From a virus (Duplodnaviria; Caudoviricetes): a stretch of 34,143 nt of DNA. Under the pieces are notes generated by a model that was given only the letters and a program-made list of their open reading frames with translations, had not been told where the DNA came from and made no database searches. The DNA is taken from IMG/VR virus record IMGVR_UViG_3300025158_000045, positions 1 through 34,143 of that record. One strand, given 5' to 3'. Positions 1 through 6,264 of the stretch are shown in pieces (position 1 is the first letter of the stretch; every line of letters starts with the position of its first letter). Position numbers and translations under genes: made by a program.

Positions 1-411
1 ATCACCAATTTTATCAACATATTCTTGTTTTCGAGAGCCAAAACCAAAAATTATATTATTATTAAATAACGCAAGGCTACAAAACGTAGCAATGCACACC
101 CAGCTCACCCCCATGTCGCGCGATTTTTCAACAATCAAATTTTTGTTGTTTTTCCAGCAGTATATTATCTCGTCAATTAGCTCTTTTTGTCTGTCAAATA
201 AAATAAATGGGATTTTTGAAGGCAATCCATTGTTTGCGTTTCTTGGGTCAAGCGTCATACCCCAGTCGCTTATAAATTGTGCTATATTGTTTTTATAGTG
301 CAACTTTATTTGATAAAGAAAATCAGGGTTTGCACGCAAATTTGACAGCATTCTTGCTCTATTGCAAAAAACTTGCGCATAATCTGGATTTTTAAAGTCA
401 AAATCTATCAT
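1..411 (-). CDS. terL: Terminase large subunit, N-terminal part (continues across the circular junction into 34129-32837; full protein about 529 aa)
   Basis: Hand translation from ATG at 411: MIDFDFKNPDYAQVFAIRARMLSNLRANPDFLYQIKLHYKNNIAQFISDWGMTLDPRN...LIVEKSRDMGVSW. It is in frame with the 32837..34129 ORF, and EKSRDMG is a Walker A-type motif. Confidence 0.93.
   Translation of the reverse strand, partial: MIDFDFKNPDYAQVFCNRARMLSNLRANPDFLYQIKLHYKNNIAQFISDWGMTLDPRNANNGLPSKIPFILFDRQKELIDEIIYCWKNNKNLIVEKSRDMGVSWVCIATFCSLALFNNNIIFGFGSRKQEYVDKIGD
2..127. repeat. Terminal direct repeat, left copy (126 bp); circular-contig overlap
   Basis: Identical to 34017-34142. The outermost bases (1 and 34143, both A) do not match the other copy. 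Confidence 0.95.
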
Positions 412-414
412 AAA

Positions 415-449
415 ATGTTAAAATTCCGTTATAATTAATTTTTTAACAT
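415..449. promoter_or_regulatory. 9-bp inverted repeat immediately upstream of the terL start
   Basis: ATGTTAAAA (415-423) and TTTTAACAT (441-449), 17-bp spacer. Confidence 0.3.
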
Positions 450-461
450 ACTTGCGTCACT

Positions 462-737
462 ATGATACACATTCGCGTCCCGATTTATATCAAAAAGAAA
501 AATGGCAAATATTACCCTTTTGTCTTAAATAATAACTATACGCACAAATCAATGTCGTGCAGTTTTAAATCAGGACTGCTTGAGCAATTCAGAACGCATC
601 TACTTACTCTAACGCCGACAGGGTTGTACGATATGCGAGATGTTCCCGCAAAAAAACTATTAAAATTAGTTCGATTTTTTTTAATTAAAAGAATTTACGT
701 GCTTGATTTTTATTTTGATATTTATCATCATAATTAA
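462..737 (+). CDS. Hypothetical protein, opposite orientation within the packaging module
   Basis: 91-codon ORF fills the gap between terL and the 734..1009 gene. No comparable minus-strand ORF there; the two stop codons overlap in TTAA at 734-737; no obvious SD. Confidence 0.4.
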   Translation: MIHIRVPIYIKKKNGKYYPFVLNNNYTHKSMSCSFKSGLLEQFRTHLLTLTPTGLYDMRDVPAKKLLKLVRFFLIKRIYVLDFYFDIYHHN

Positions 738-1009
738 TCATTAAATTTCTTTGCATTGCGTGCAAAGTTAGCTCTTTTAATTGTCGTACTTGTAAAATCA
801 TCTTCGTGACTTAAAACGTGATTAGCAAACTCTTGTACGCCCATGTCAGCTCTCTCAGCTTGCGCAGTAAAAGCTCCTTCTTTTAAATTTCCAAAATCAA
901 TTTTATTATCGCTCTGTGCATCGCTAACTTTGTCAGAATTAAATCGCTCTCTTAATTTTCTTAATATGTTACTCTTCATCAGCCGATTTCTCGCCTCCGT
1001 CATTATCAT
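734..1009 (-). CDS. Small protein with GAFTAQA...GVQEFANHVL...KRANFARNAKKF motif (possible virion-internal protein); alternative start at 979 (MKSNIL)
   Basis: ORF track; overlaps the terS 3' end; C-terminal motif recalled from crAss-like and other phage proteins. Confidence 0.75.
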   Translation of the reverse strand: MIMTEARNRLMKSNILRKLRERFNSDKVSDAQSDNKIDFGNLKEGAFTAQAERADMGVQEFANHVLSHEDDFTSTTIKRANFARNAKKFND

Positions 1010-1406
1010 CTTCTTCTTTTTGTTTAAAATTTAACAGTTGTTCATATATCATTGCGGCAGATTGAGCATCACATTCTGAAATATTGTCGGGTATTACTTG
1101 CGTGATTTGAGCGTGAGTTTCTGTATATGATTTATCCGTCTCACCAAGCCGTTGCTTGCTTTCCCATATGAGCATTGTCTTGTCGCCATCCATACACAAG
1201 TCAAATTTCTTAACCCGAATCATGGCTTTCCCGACCGCTTTTTTGCTGCGCGAATAATCTTCCCACTTCATTCCCTTTTCGCGCACACACGCGCGATAAA
1301 TAGTATCTTTATGGATTCCTAAATAATTAGCTATTTCAATTCCTGAACAATTCGCTTTTAAAAGCGCGTCTATTTTTCCCCAATCAGGATTATAGTTGTT
1401 TTTCAT
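969..1406 (-). CDS. terS: Terminase small subunit (HTH)
   Basis: HTH-like CSGIEIANYLGIHKDTIYR, GDKTMLIWESKQRLGETDK motif, C-terminal AAMIYEQLL; first gene of the late operon upstream of terL. Confidence 0.75.
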   Translation of the reverse strand: MKNNYNPDWGKIDALLKANCSGIEIANYLGIHKDTIYRACVREKGMKWEDYSRSKKAVGKAMIRVKKFDLCMDGDKTMLIWESKQRLGETDKSYTETHAQITQVIPDNISECDAQSAAMIYEQLLNFKQKEEDDNDGGEKSADEE

Positions 1407-1459
1407 ATTTTTCCCAACTTTATCATGTTATCTTTTTAGTAAAAATTGAACGAAATTTA

Positions 1460-1487
1460 ATAATATCACAAAATATTAAAACAACTA
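1460..1487 (-). promoter_or_regulatory. Candidate late promoter: extended -10 TTTGTGATATTAT without consensus -35
   Basis: Same TTTGTGATATT box as the promoters at 2066 and 6265; the -35 position reads TAGTTG. Confidence 0.5.
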
Positions 1488-1512
1488 AACGATAAATTAC
1501 TATCGTTTAGTT
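1483..1512. promoter_or_regulatory. Perfect 12-bp inverted repeat (operator/activator site or terminator hairpin)
   Basis: AACTAAACGATA-AATTAC-TATCGTTTAGTT. Confidence 0.6.
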
Positions 1513-1531
1513 ATCTGTGTTTAATTAAAAT

Positions 1532-1951
1532 TTATTGATTTACGTATTCGCACTGTTGAGCAAAAGGCGGCGCATCTGGGAGCGTTAAATAGATTGTCAT
1601 AGTCATTTTGTTTAAAATATAGTCGTATCTCAAAATAACAGATTTTATTTCAGCGTTCATATTGCCTATTTTTTGGGTAGGCAATTGTAAATTATAAATA
1701 TATTGACTATCTGTATGATTTGTCGCTGTCGCAAGGATATTCATTGCTACGCCGTCAAATTTAATCATTTTTATTGTGTGGCCGCCCAAATATTTTTGAA
1801 AAGTGCCACTTATGTTAATTTCGGAATCACAATATTTTGTTAAGCCATCATTTAACTTTCCAGCATGATACGTTGTGATATTTTTATCAGCGTGTGCGGC
1901 TGCTACACTTATTGATAAAAAGGATAATAAAAAAATAGTTTTTAGTTTCAT
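1532..1951 (-). CDS. Secreted/periplasmic moron-like protein with Sec signal peptide (139 aa from MKLKT)
   Basis: MKLKTIFLLSFLSISVAAAHA/DKN has an AHA cleavage motif; SD AGGTG upstream of ATG 1951; two Cys in the mature part; own promoter. Confidence 0.75.
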   Translation of the reverse strand: MKLKTIFLLSFLSISVAAAHADKNITTYHAGKLNDGLTKYCDSEINISGTFQKYLGGHTIKMIKFDGVAMNILATATNHTDSQYIYNLQLPTQKIGNMNAEIKSVILRYDYILNKMTMTIYLTLPDAPPFAQQCEYVNQ

Positions 1952-2009
1952 ACAACACCTAAATGATAATATTTTAGCGTCCATTCGTTTATTTAATCCA
2001 TTGTTGATT

Positions 2010-2037
2010 ATTATATACGCAGCAAAAATAATGTCAA
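2010..2037 (-). promoter_or_regulatory. Consensus sigma70 promoter for the moron gene
   Basis: TTGACA-16 bp-TATAAT on the minus strand. Confidence 0.8.
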
Positions 2038-2065
2038 TTATTTTTAATTTATTTTAATATCTTTG

Positions 2066-2093
2066 TTGACTTTGCGGATATTTGTGATATTGT
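2066..2093 (+). promoter_or_regulatory. Early sigma70 promoter (rightward operon 1)
   Basis: TTGACT-16 bp-TATTGT with TG extended -10. Confidence 0.7.
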
Positions 2094-2147
2094 ATAGTTA
2101 TAGAGTGATTAAACGCTCTACTAAAAACAAAAATTGGAGATATAAAA

Positions 2148-2359
2148 ATGAGCACACAATTAACATCAAAACTATTAAAAAATATCTTAAAAAGCAAATT
2201 TGAAAACACTAAATTTTCTGTTACGACAAATCACTGCTTAACTTCTGAATGCTTTAAAATAAAGTGGGTAAACAGCTCTCTTTTAAAGATGTTTATGATT
2301 TAACAAAAGAATTTGATGATAAAGACACGCACATTTTACTAGACAGAGAAACATGCTAA
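2148..2359 (+). CDS. LPD29-like small protein split by a -1 frameshift (programmed frameshift or pseudogene)
   Basis: SD GGAG plus ATG 2148. Frame 0 reads MSTQLTSKLLKNILKSKFENTKFSV...IKWVNSSLLKMFMI* (stop 2301-2303). The -1 frame continues DVYDLTKEFDDKDTHILLDRETC* (stop 2357-2359). Heptamer T TTA AAG at 2282-2288. Confidence 0.6.
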
Positions 2360-2397
2360 AAAATTTAAAAAATAAAAACAAAATCGGAGATAGAAAA

Positions 2398-2652
2398 ATG
2401 ACGAGACTGAGAACAGCTGACTATTCATTAACAAATACAATTGGTTCAACACGTGAATCTATCAATTTAAGAGTGACAAAATCGAGTAATAAGAAGATTG
2501 TTATACTTAAATTTTTAAACGACTTGGATGATGTTTTGTTTGAAATAAAAATTGATGAAACTATCTTAAGATATACATTTCTGAGCATTTTGAGATTAAT
2601 TCATACGACTGAGGATCCTTTGGACATAATAAAAAGGCAATTTACATGGTAA
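2398..2652 (+). CDS. Hypothetical protein (likely start MTRLR at 2398)
   Basis: ORF track 2353..2652; SD ATCGGAGA precedes ATG 2398. Confidence 0.75.
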   Translation: MTRLRTADYSLTNTIGSTRESINLRVTKSSNKKIVILKFLNDLDDVLFEIKIDETILRYTFLSILRLIHTTEDPLDIIKRQFTW

Positions 2653-2671
2653 ATAAATAGTATCTTTTAGG

Positions 2672-2688
2672 TAAAGCCGCACGCTTTA
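2672..2688 (+). terminator. Small hairpin after the 2398..2652 gene
   Basis: TAAAGC-CGCAC-GCTTTA; no good U-tract. Confidence 0.3.
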
Positions 2689-2730
2689 ACGCTAAATATT
2701 TAATGAAAAAATAAAACATCGGAGAATAAA

Positions 2731-2811
2731 ATGAAAGACGCAATTTACCTCGCTGTGACAATTAGCGTAATCTATTTAAGCTTTTTCTTAATAAGTTCAT
2801 TACACATATAA
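2731..2811 (+). CDS. 26-aa single-transmembrane peptide
   Basis: MKDAIYLAVTISVIYLSFFLISSLHI*, preceded by SD ACATCGGAGAATAAA; not in the ORF track. Confidence 0.6.
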   Translation: MKDAIYLAVTISVIYLSFFLISSLHI

Positions 2812-2824
2812 AGTGGAGAATGAT

Positions 2825-2995
2825 ATGAGCGCACAAAACTCAAACGAACTAGAACAAGAAATAAATAAAACCCAAAAAATCATACGGGATTATTGCAGTC
2901 ATACGCGATTTTTTAAATTAGAAAAAACGGACGAATTGCGAAAAGTTGATGTGATTTTGGACGAATTGAAAAATACTTTAAACTATAAAATTTGA
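2825..2995 (+). CDS. Hypothetical protein
   Basis: ORF track 2813..2995; SD GGAG precedes ATG 2825. Confidence 0.65.
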   Translation: MSAQNSNELEQEINKTQKIIRDYCSHTRFFKLEKTDELRKVDVILDELKNTLNYKI

Positions 2996-3003
2996 GAATA
3001 AAA

Positions 3004-3201
3004 ATGGGTATATCAATAGAAATCATCGCACAGTGCAACGAATGCAATGAAGACATTGAAATCGAGTCTTACGATTATAAGAATAGTTATGACTGTCTAA
3101 TCATTAGCGTTAATAATTGCGAGAAGTGTCGTCTTGACATCCAACAAACAGCAATTGACGAATATAAACACTCGCAAGAAATTAATAAAATCGGAGAATA
3201 A
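3004..3201 (+). CDS. Small zinc-ribbon protein (CxxC...CxxC)
   Basis: CNEC and CEKC motifs; ATG at 3004. Confidence 0.65.
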   Translation: MGISIEIIAQCNECNEDIEIESYDYKNSYDCLIISVNNCEKCRLDIQQTAIDEYKHSQEINKIGE

Positions 3202-3202
3202 A

Positions 3203-3499
3203 ATGAACTTAAAACACATCGAATTTTTAGAGCACGTTAAAAATTATATAAAGAAAAATCCGGATTGCGCTGCATATGTGTCAGCGTATGTAGAAGAGGG
3301 TCTTAATCATCACATTGATGATCTAAATACACAAATCATTGACACTGAAACAGCTTTGTTATACGCAATTGAAACTAAGCTCCTAAAAGATGATCCTGAT
3401 TTTTTAATTGAAAAGTTAAATTCAATAAAAGATAAAAGTAAGCTAAATTGGGAAACTAAGATTAATAAATTAGAAAAAAAAATAAAGTGTAAAAAATGA
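3203..3499 (+). CDS. Hypothetical protein
   Basis: ORF track 3134..3499; SD ATCGGAGA precedes ATG 3203. Confidence 0.75.
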   Translation: MNLKHIEFLEHVKNYIKKNPDCAAYVSAYVEEGLNHHIDDLNTQIIDTETALLYAIETKLLKDDPDFLIEKLNSIKDKSKLNWETKINKLEKKIKCKK

Positions 3500-3771
3500 A
3501 AATTGAAACAAAATATAACGTTTGAGAAAAAGTTTATTTTAGTCACAATTTTTGGACGCATGTTGGCATTATTGAGTCAATAGTTTTTTATACTAATGAG
3601 CGCGAGCATTACCGAATAAATTCGAATTGCGGTTCAGCTTTGCTTGTAGATAGAGAAGAAATTATTAAACCTTTTGACTCACCTGAGCCGTCTGACCTGT
3701 ATGTTGTCGATTCACAATCGATCGCGACCAGCTCAAAAATGAGGTCACTTAAGAAAATTAAAACTAAATAA
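3496..3771 (+). pseudogene. Phage protein with in-frame TGA at codon 10 (MKIETKYNV*EKVYF...)
   Basis: ATGA overlap with the upstream gene; 92 codons with a single internal TGA (3523-3525) where the common K(Y/F)NxGxKVYF motif has Gly. Confidence 0.65.
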
Positions 3772-3850
3772 GCATGCTTTTCTAAATAAAAACACTCTTT
3801 CATAATTAAAAGAGGGAGCTTAAAAGTATTTAAGAGTGCTTTATAAAAGC

Positions 3851-3913
3851 GTTTAGTACAGCTAATTGCCGCGTGCAAGCTAAAAAAACACGCAGCGCAT
3901 AGCTACCCTAAAC
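3851..3913. terminator. Long imperfect hairpin between convergent operons
   Basis: GTTTAG/CTAAAC, AGCTA/TAGCT, GC/GC and GCGTG/CACGC all pair in one register around a 13-nt loop. Confidence 0.5.
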
Positions 3914-3922
3914 ACATAATTA

Positions 3923-4276
3923 TTATAACTGATTACTCAAATATTTCAAAATAAAATCTTTCGCCTTTTCCCAATTATCAGCTATAAAAAAACAATAGCC
4001 GCTCGGCTCAATATTTTCTCTAAACGTAATTTGTTCTTTTGTCAATCGCCCCTTTTCCGTTTTCATCTCGATAAACAGACCGTGAAAATTTGATGCAGGT
4101 ATAGCTAAAAACAAATCCCACACTCCTGCTTTTCTGCCCATTTTTTTCAATTTCGCGCCGGTTATTACATTCATTTTCCCTTGGTTCGCTATGTGAAATA
4201 ACGAGTTAAAAATGTGCGGATGATAAGACGCCCATTTTATAAGCGCGATTTGATTTTGGTCTTCAATATGTTTCAT
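3923..4276 (-). CDS. VRR-NUC domain nuclease (putative Holliday junction resolvase)
   Basis: EDQNQ...FHIAN.G...LKKMG.KAGVWDL...GLFIEMKTEKGRLTKEQ, a PD-(D/E)xK VRR-NUC pattern. Confidence 0.9.
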   Translation of the reverse strand: MKHIEDQNQIALIKWASYHPHIFNSLFHIANQGKMNVITGAKLKKMGRKAGVWDLFLAIPASNFHGLFIEMKTEKGRLTKEQITFRENIEPSGYCFFIADNWEKAKDFILKYLSNQL

Positions 4277-4290
4277 ATTAAACTCTCAGA

Positions 4291-4320
4291 ATGTCTAAAA
4301 ATGTCTAAAAATGTCTAAAA
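4291..4320. repeat. Tandem repeat ATGTCTAAAA x3
   Basis: Three perfect 10-bp copies in the intergenic space. Confidence 0.9.
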
Positions 4321-4322
4321 TA

Positions 4323-4535
4323 TTAGGCGCCCTTTTTATCATCATTCCAAATCTTTATCACTCGATTTTTATACACAAACTCTTTGTTTTTCAAGTGCTC
4401 ATCTTTACAAAACGGGTATAATTCATCACATAAATCCGTGTACTGAGCAAGCGTCAATGATATCGTTTTTATTTGATAATTATCAATAATTTTATCAACC
4501 GACAGAAGCAATTTGCTCTTCTTAATCTTCTTCAT
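4323..4535 (-). CDS. Hypothetical protein
   Basis: ORF track; SD AGGT upstream; lies in the replication operon. Confidence 0.7.
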   Translation of the reverse strand: MKKIKKSKLLLSVDKIIDNYQIKTISLTLAQYTDLCDELYPFCKDEHLKNKEFVYKNRVIKIWNDDKKGA

Positions 4536-4585
4536 TTTATTACCTATTTTATAACTATATATTTAAACGCAATTTAAGGCATATT

Positions 4586-5209
4586 TTAGCTAATCTTGAA
4601 GTAACCATGAAGTTCGCTCATCTTTTCATTTAAAATAGACTGTACCCCATTAGGATTTTGTTTAGTGTGATTATGAGCAGTAACTTCATCTGCGTTTTTA
4701 ACTTCTTCACATTTTTGCGATTCTTTTTGTTCATTTTGTTTCCAGCGTCTAAACAAAGGAGCTAAGATTGAGTTAATTTTGCTCATAGGTATATTTTGAG
4801 CGAGCGCGCAAAGTGATATTTTTTCGTAAACGCTTTTCGTTTCCCTTATCTGCTCGAGCAAATAGGGATTTTTTTTCAACGCCAGTTCTTGCTGTCTTCG
4901 CATCTCATCTTCTATCACGCTACGCCCTTTGACAAAATCCGAATCACGCTTAGGCTTGATTTGATTCCCAAGTTTTTTTGAATCTTCGATGTATTGTAAA
5001 CGTTTTGCAATTTTAGCGATATCAAATGATTTTGGTTTTATTTTTTCGTTCATGCGCCATTCGTTCCAAGCTGCCGTTATTATTTCTGCATTGTATTTGA
5101 ACAGGTCATCTGTCCAGAATTGTAATGCAATTTCATTCTCGTCAATATTGTGATAGACAAAAATTTTACGGAAAATTTCTGCTTGTGATTTTGCTGGCTG
5201 TAGTTTCAT
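4586..5209 (-). CDS. Putative helicase loader/inhibitor (G39P/lambda-P-like position)
   Basis: FWTDDLFKYNAEIITAAWNEW...KPKSFDI pattern; ATGA-coupled to the initiator gene. Confidence 0.55.
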   Translation of the reverse strand: MKLQPAKSQAEIFRKIFVYHNIDENEIALQFWTDDLFKYNAEIITAAWNEWRMNEKIKPKSFDIAKIAKRLQYIEDSKKLGNQIKPKRDSDFVKGRSVIEDEMRRQQELALKKNPYLLEQIRETKSVYEKISLCALAQNIPMSKINSILAPLFRRWKQNEQKESQKCEEVKNADEVTAHNHTKQNPNGVQSILNEKMSELHGYFKIS

Positions 5210-5985
5210 AAATATTTATCCCATATTGTTGTATTTTGTTTACTCAAGTCGTCTTCGTAAGATCCTTTGCTCAAAAATTTTGCAGGCTTTGGTATGTATT
5301 CAGTCTCTGTGTTTTTTGTTTTCCACAATGTTGCGTGCTGCTTAGTCCCCTCAATTATCTCGTCTGCTATGCTCATTTTTTTACCTACGATGGTAGTAAA
5401 TTTTTTCAACGCATCTTTCCTGTCTTGCTGGCGCGGATATAAATCCCAAAAAATTTCAAACTTAATATTTATCATTTCGGTTAATGCTTTTTTCTTTTCG
5501 TCTTTTTTATTTTTTTGTATAGTTTTTTTATTGTTCTCTGTATCTGTTCTAGTGTATCTGTTCAGTGTATCTACTTCGGATGATCTGAGATCATCCCCCC
5601 CCTGATCTAGGATCATCCCCCCCCCTGATCTAGGATCATCCCCCCCATGATCTGAGATCATCCCTAATCGATTTATGGGTGACGTCAGATCATCCCTAAG
5701 TATGCTTTCATTTTCATCAATTTCTACCAAAACGGTATATACATTTGTTTTTGTTTTTCCGTTTTCTGAAACAAATTCTACTTTTAAAATTTTCATTTTT
5801 TCTAGCTCTCTTAGTGTAAGAATTGTGTATCTTTTGCTAACTCCTGCTGTGTCTGCAATCGATAAAACAGCAGGCCAGCATTGATTTTTTTCGTTAGCGT
5901 AACCCGCCAGCGCAAACAAAATAGAACGCTGAACAGCTGTCAAGCCCTTTATTTTGTTTATTTTTTCAGCTAATTTCCAGTTCAT
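5206..5985 (-). CDS. Replication initiator (N-terminal HTH_36-like, lambda O/replisome organizer type)
   Basis: LFALAGYANEKNQCWPAVLSIADTAGVSKR HTH; central iteron-encoded linker; C-terminal FEIFWDLYPR...YIPKPAKFL. Confidence 0.88.
   Translation of the reverse strand: MNWKLAEKINKIKGLTAVQRSILFALAGYANEKNQCWPAVLSIADTAGVSKRYTILTLRELEKMKILKVEFVSENGKTKTNVYTVLVEIDENESILRDDLTSPINRLGMISDHGGDDPRSGGGMILDQGGDDLRSSEVDTLNRYTRTDTENNKKTIQKNKKDEKKKALTEMINIKFEIFWDLYPRQQDRKDALKKFTTIVGKKMSIADEIIEGTKQHATLWKTKNTETEYIPKPAKFLSKGSYEDDLSKQNTTIWDKYL
5480..5700. promoter_or_regulatory. Replication origin within the initiator gene: iterons plus AT-rich region
   Basis: TGATCT(GA/AG)GATCATCCC at 5581, 5603, 5626 and 5648, with a degenerate copy at 5680; GTATCT(GTTC) repeats at 5540-5572; T-rich stretch at about 5480-5530. 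Confidence 0.8.
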
Positions 5986-5986
5986 T

Positions 5987-6181
5987 TTAATTAGCGTTTT
6001 GCTGTTCTTCTAACCATTTATCAAACGATTCTGGGCAGATTAAATACTGTCCATTGAGCTTAAAAACGACTTTGTTAAAGCCGTTTTTATCTCTGTCTCT
6101 TATTAACGTTCTTAACATATTATAAGTTGGGAAACCGTTTGACATTTTAGAAAACTGAAATGCAGTTACGTATTTTTTCAT
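5987..6181 (-). CDS. Small DNA-binding protein (Xis/AlpA/Cro-like winged HTH)
   Basis: LRTLIRDRDKNGF...KLNGQYLICPESFDKWL; first gene of the leftward operon; SD GAGG. Confidence 0.65.
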   Translation of the reverse strand: MKKYVTAFQFSKMSNGFPTYNMLRTLIRDRDKNGFNKVVFKLNGQYLICPESFDKWLEEQQNAN

Positions 6182-6217
6182 TTTGACCTCTTGAGTGATT
6201 GTTTTGATTTCTTTTGT

Positions 6218-6246
6218 AGAATACTATATTTTTTTTAATATTTCAA
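6218..6246 (-). promoter_or_regulatory. Leftward promoter for the replication operon
   Basis: TTGAAA-17 bp-TATTCT on the minus strand. Confidence 0.45.
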
Positions 6247-6264
6247 TTTGTTTATATATTTTTA

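Noticed and set aside
2-127. Biological terminal repeat (T7-like) or attL/attR
   Set aside because: It lies in the middle of terL, and its length is typical of an assembler k-mer overlap.
92-298. 68-aa plus-strand ORF
   Set aside because: Antisense shadow of the terL N-terminal coding region.
3310-3878. Minus-strand ORFs 3310..3561 and 3609..3878
   Set aside because: Antisense to the plus-strand operon; the region is better explained by 3203..3499 and the TGA-interrupted 3496..3771 gene.
5578-5700. CRISPR-like array
   Set aside because: Units are 22-23 bp with homopolymer spacers, lie inside the initiator ORF, and there are no cas genes; iterons fit better.
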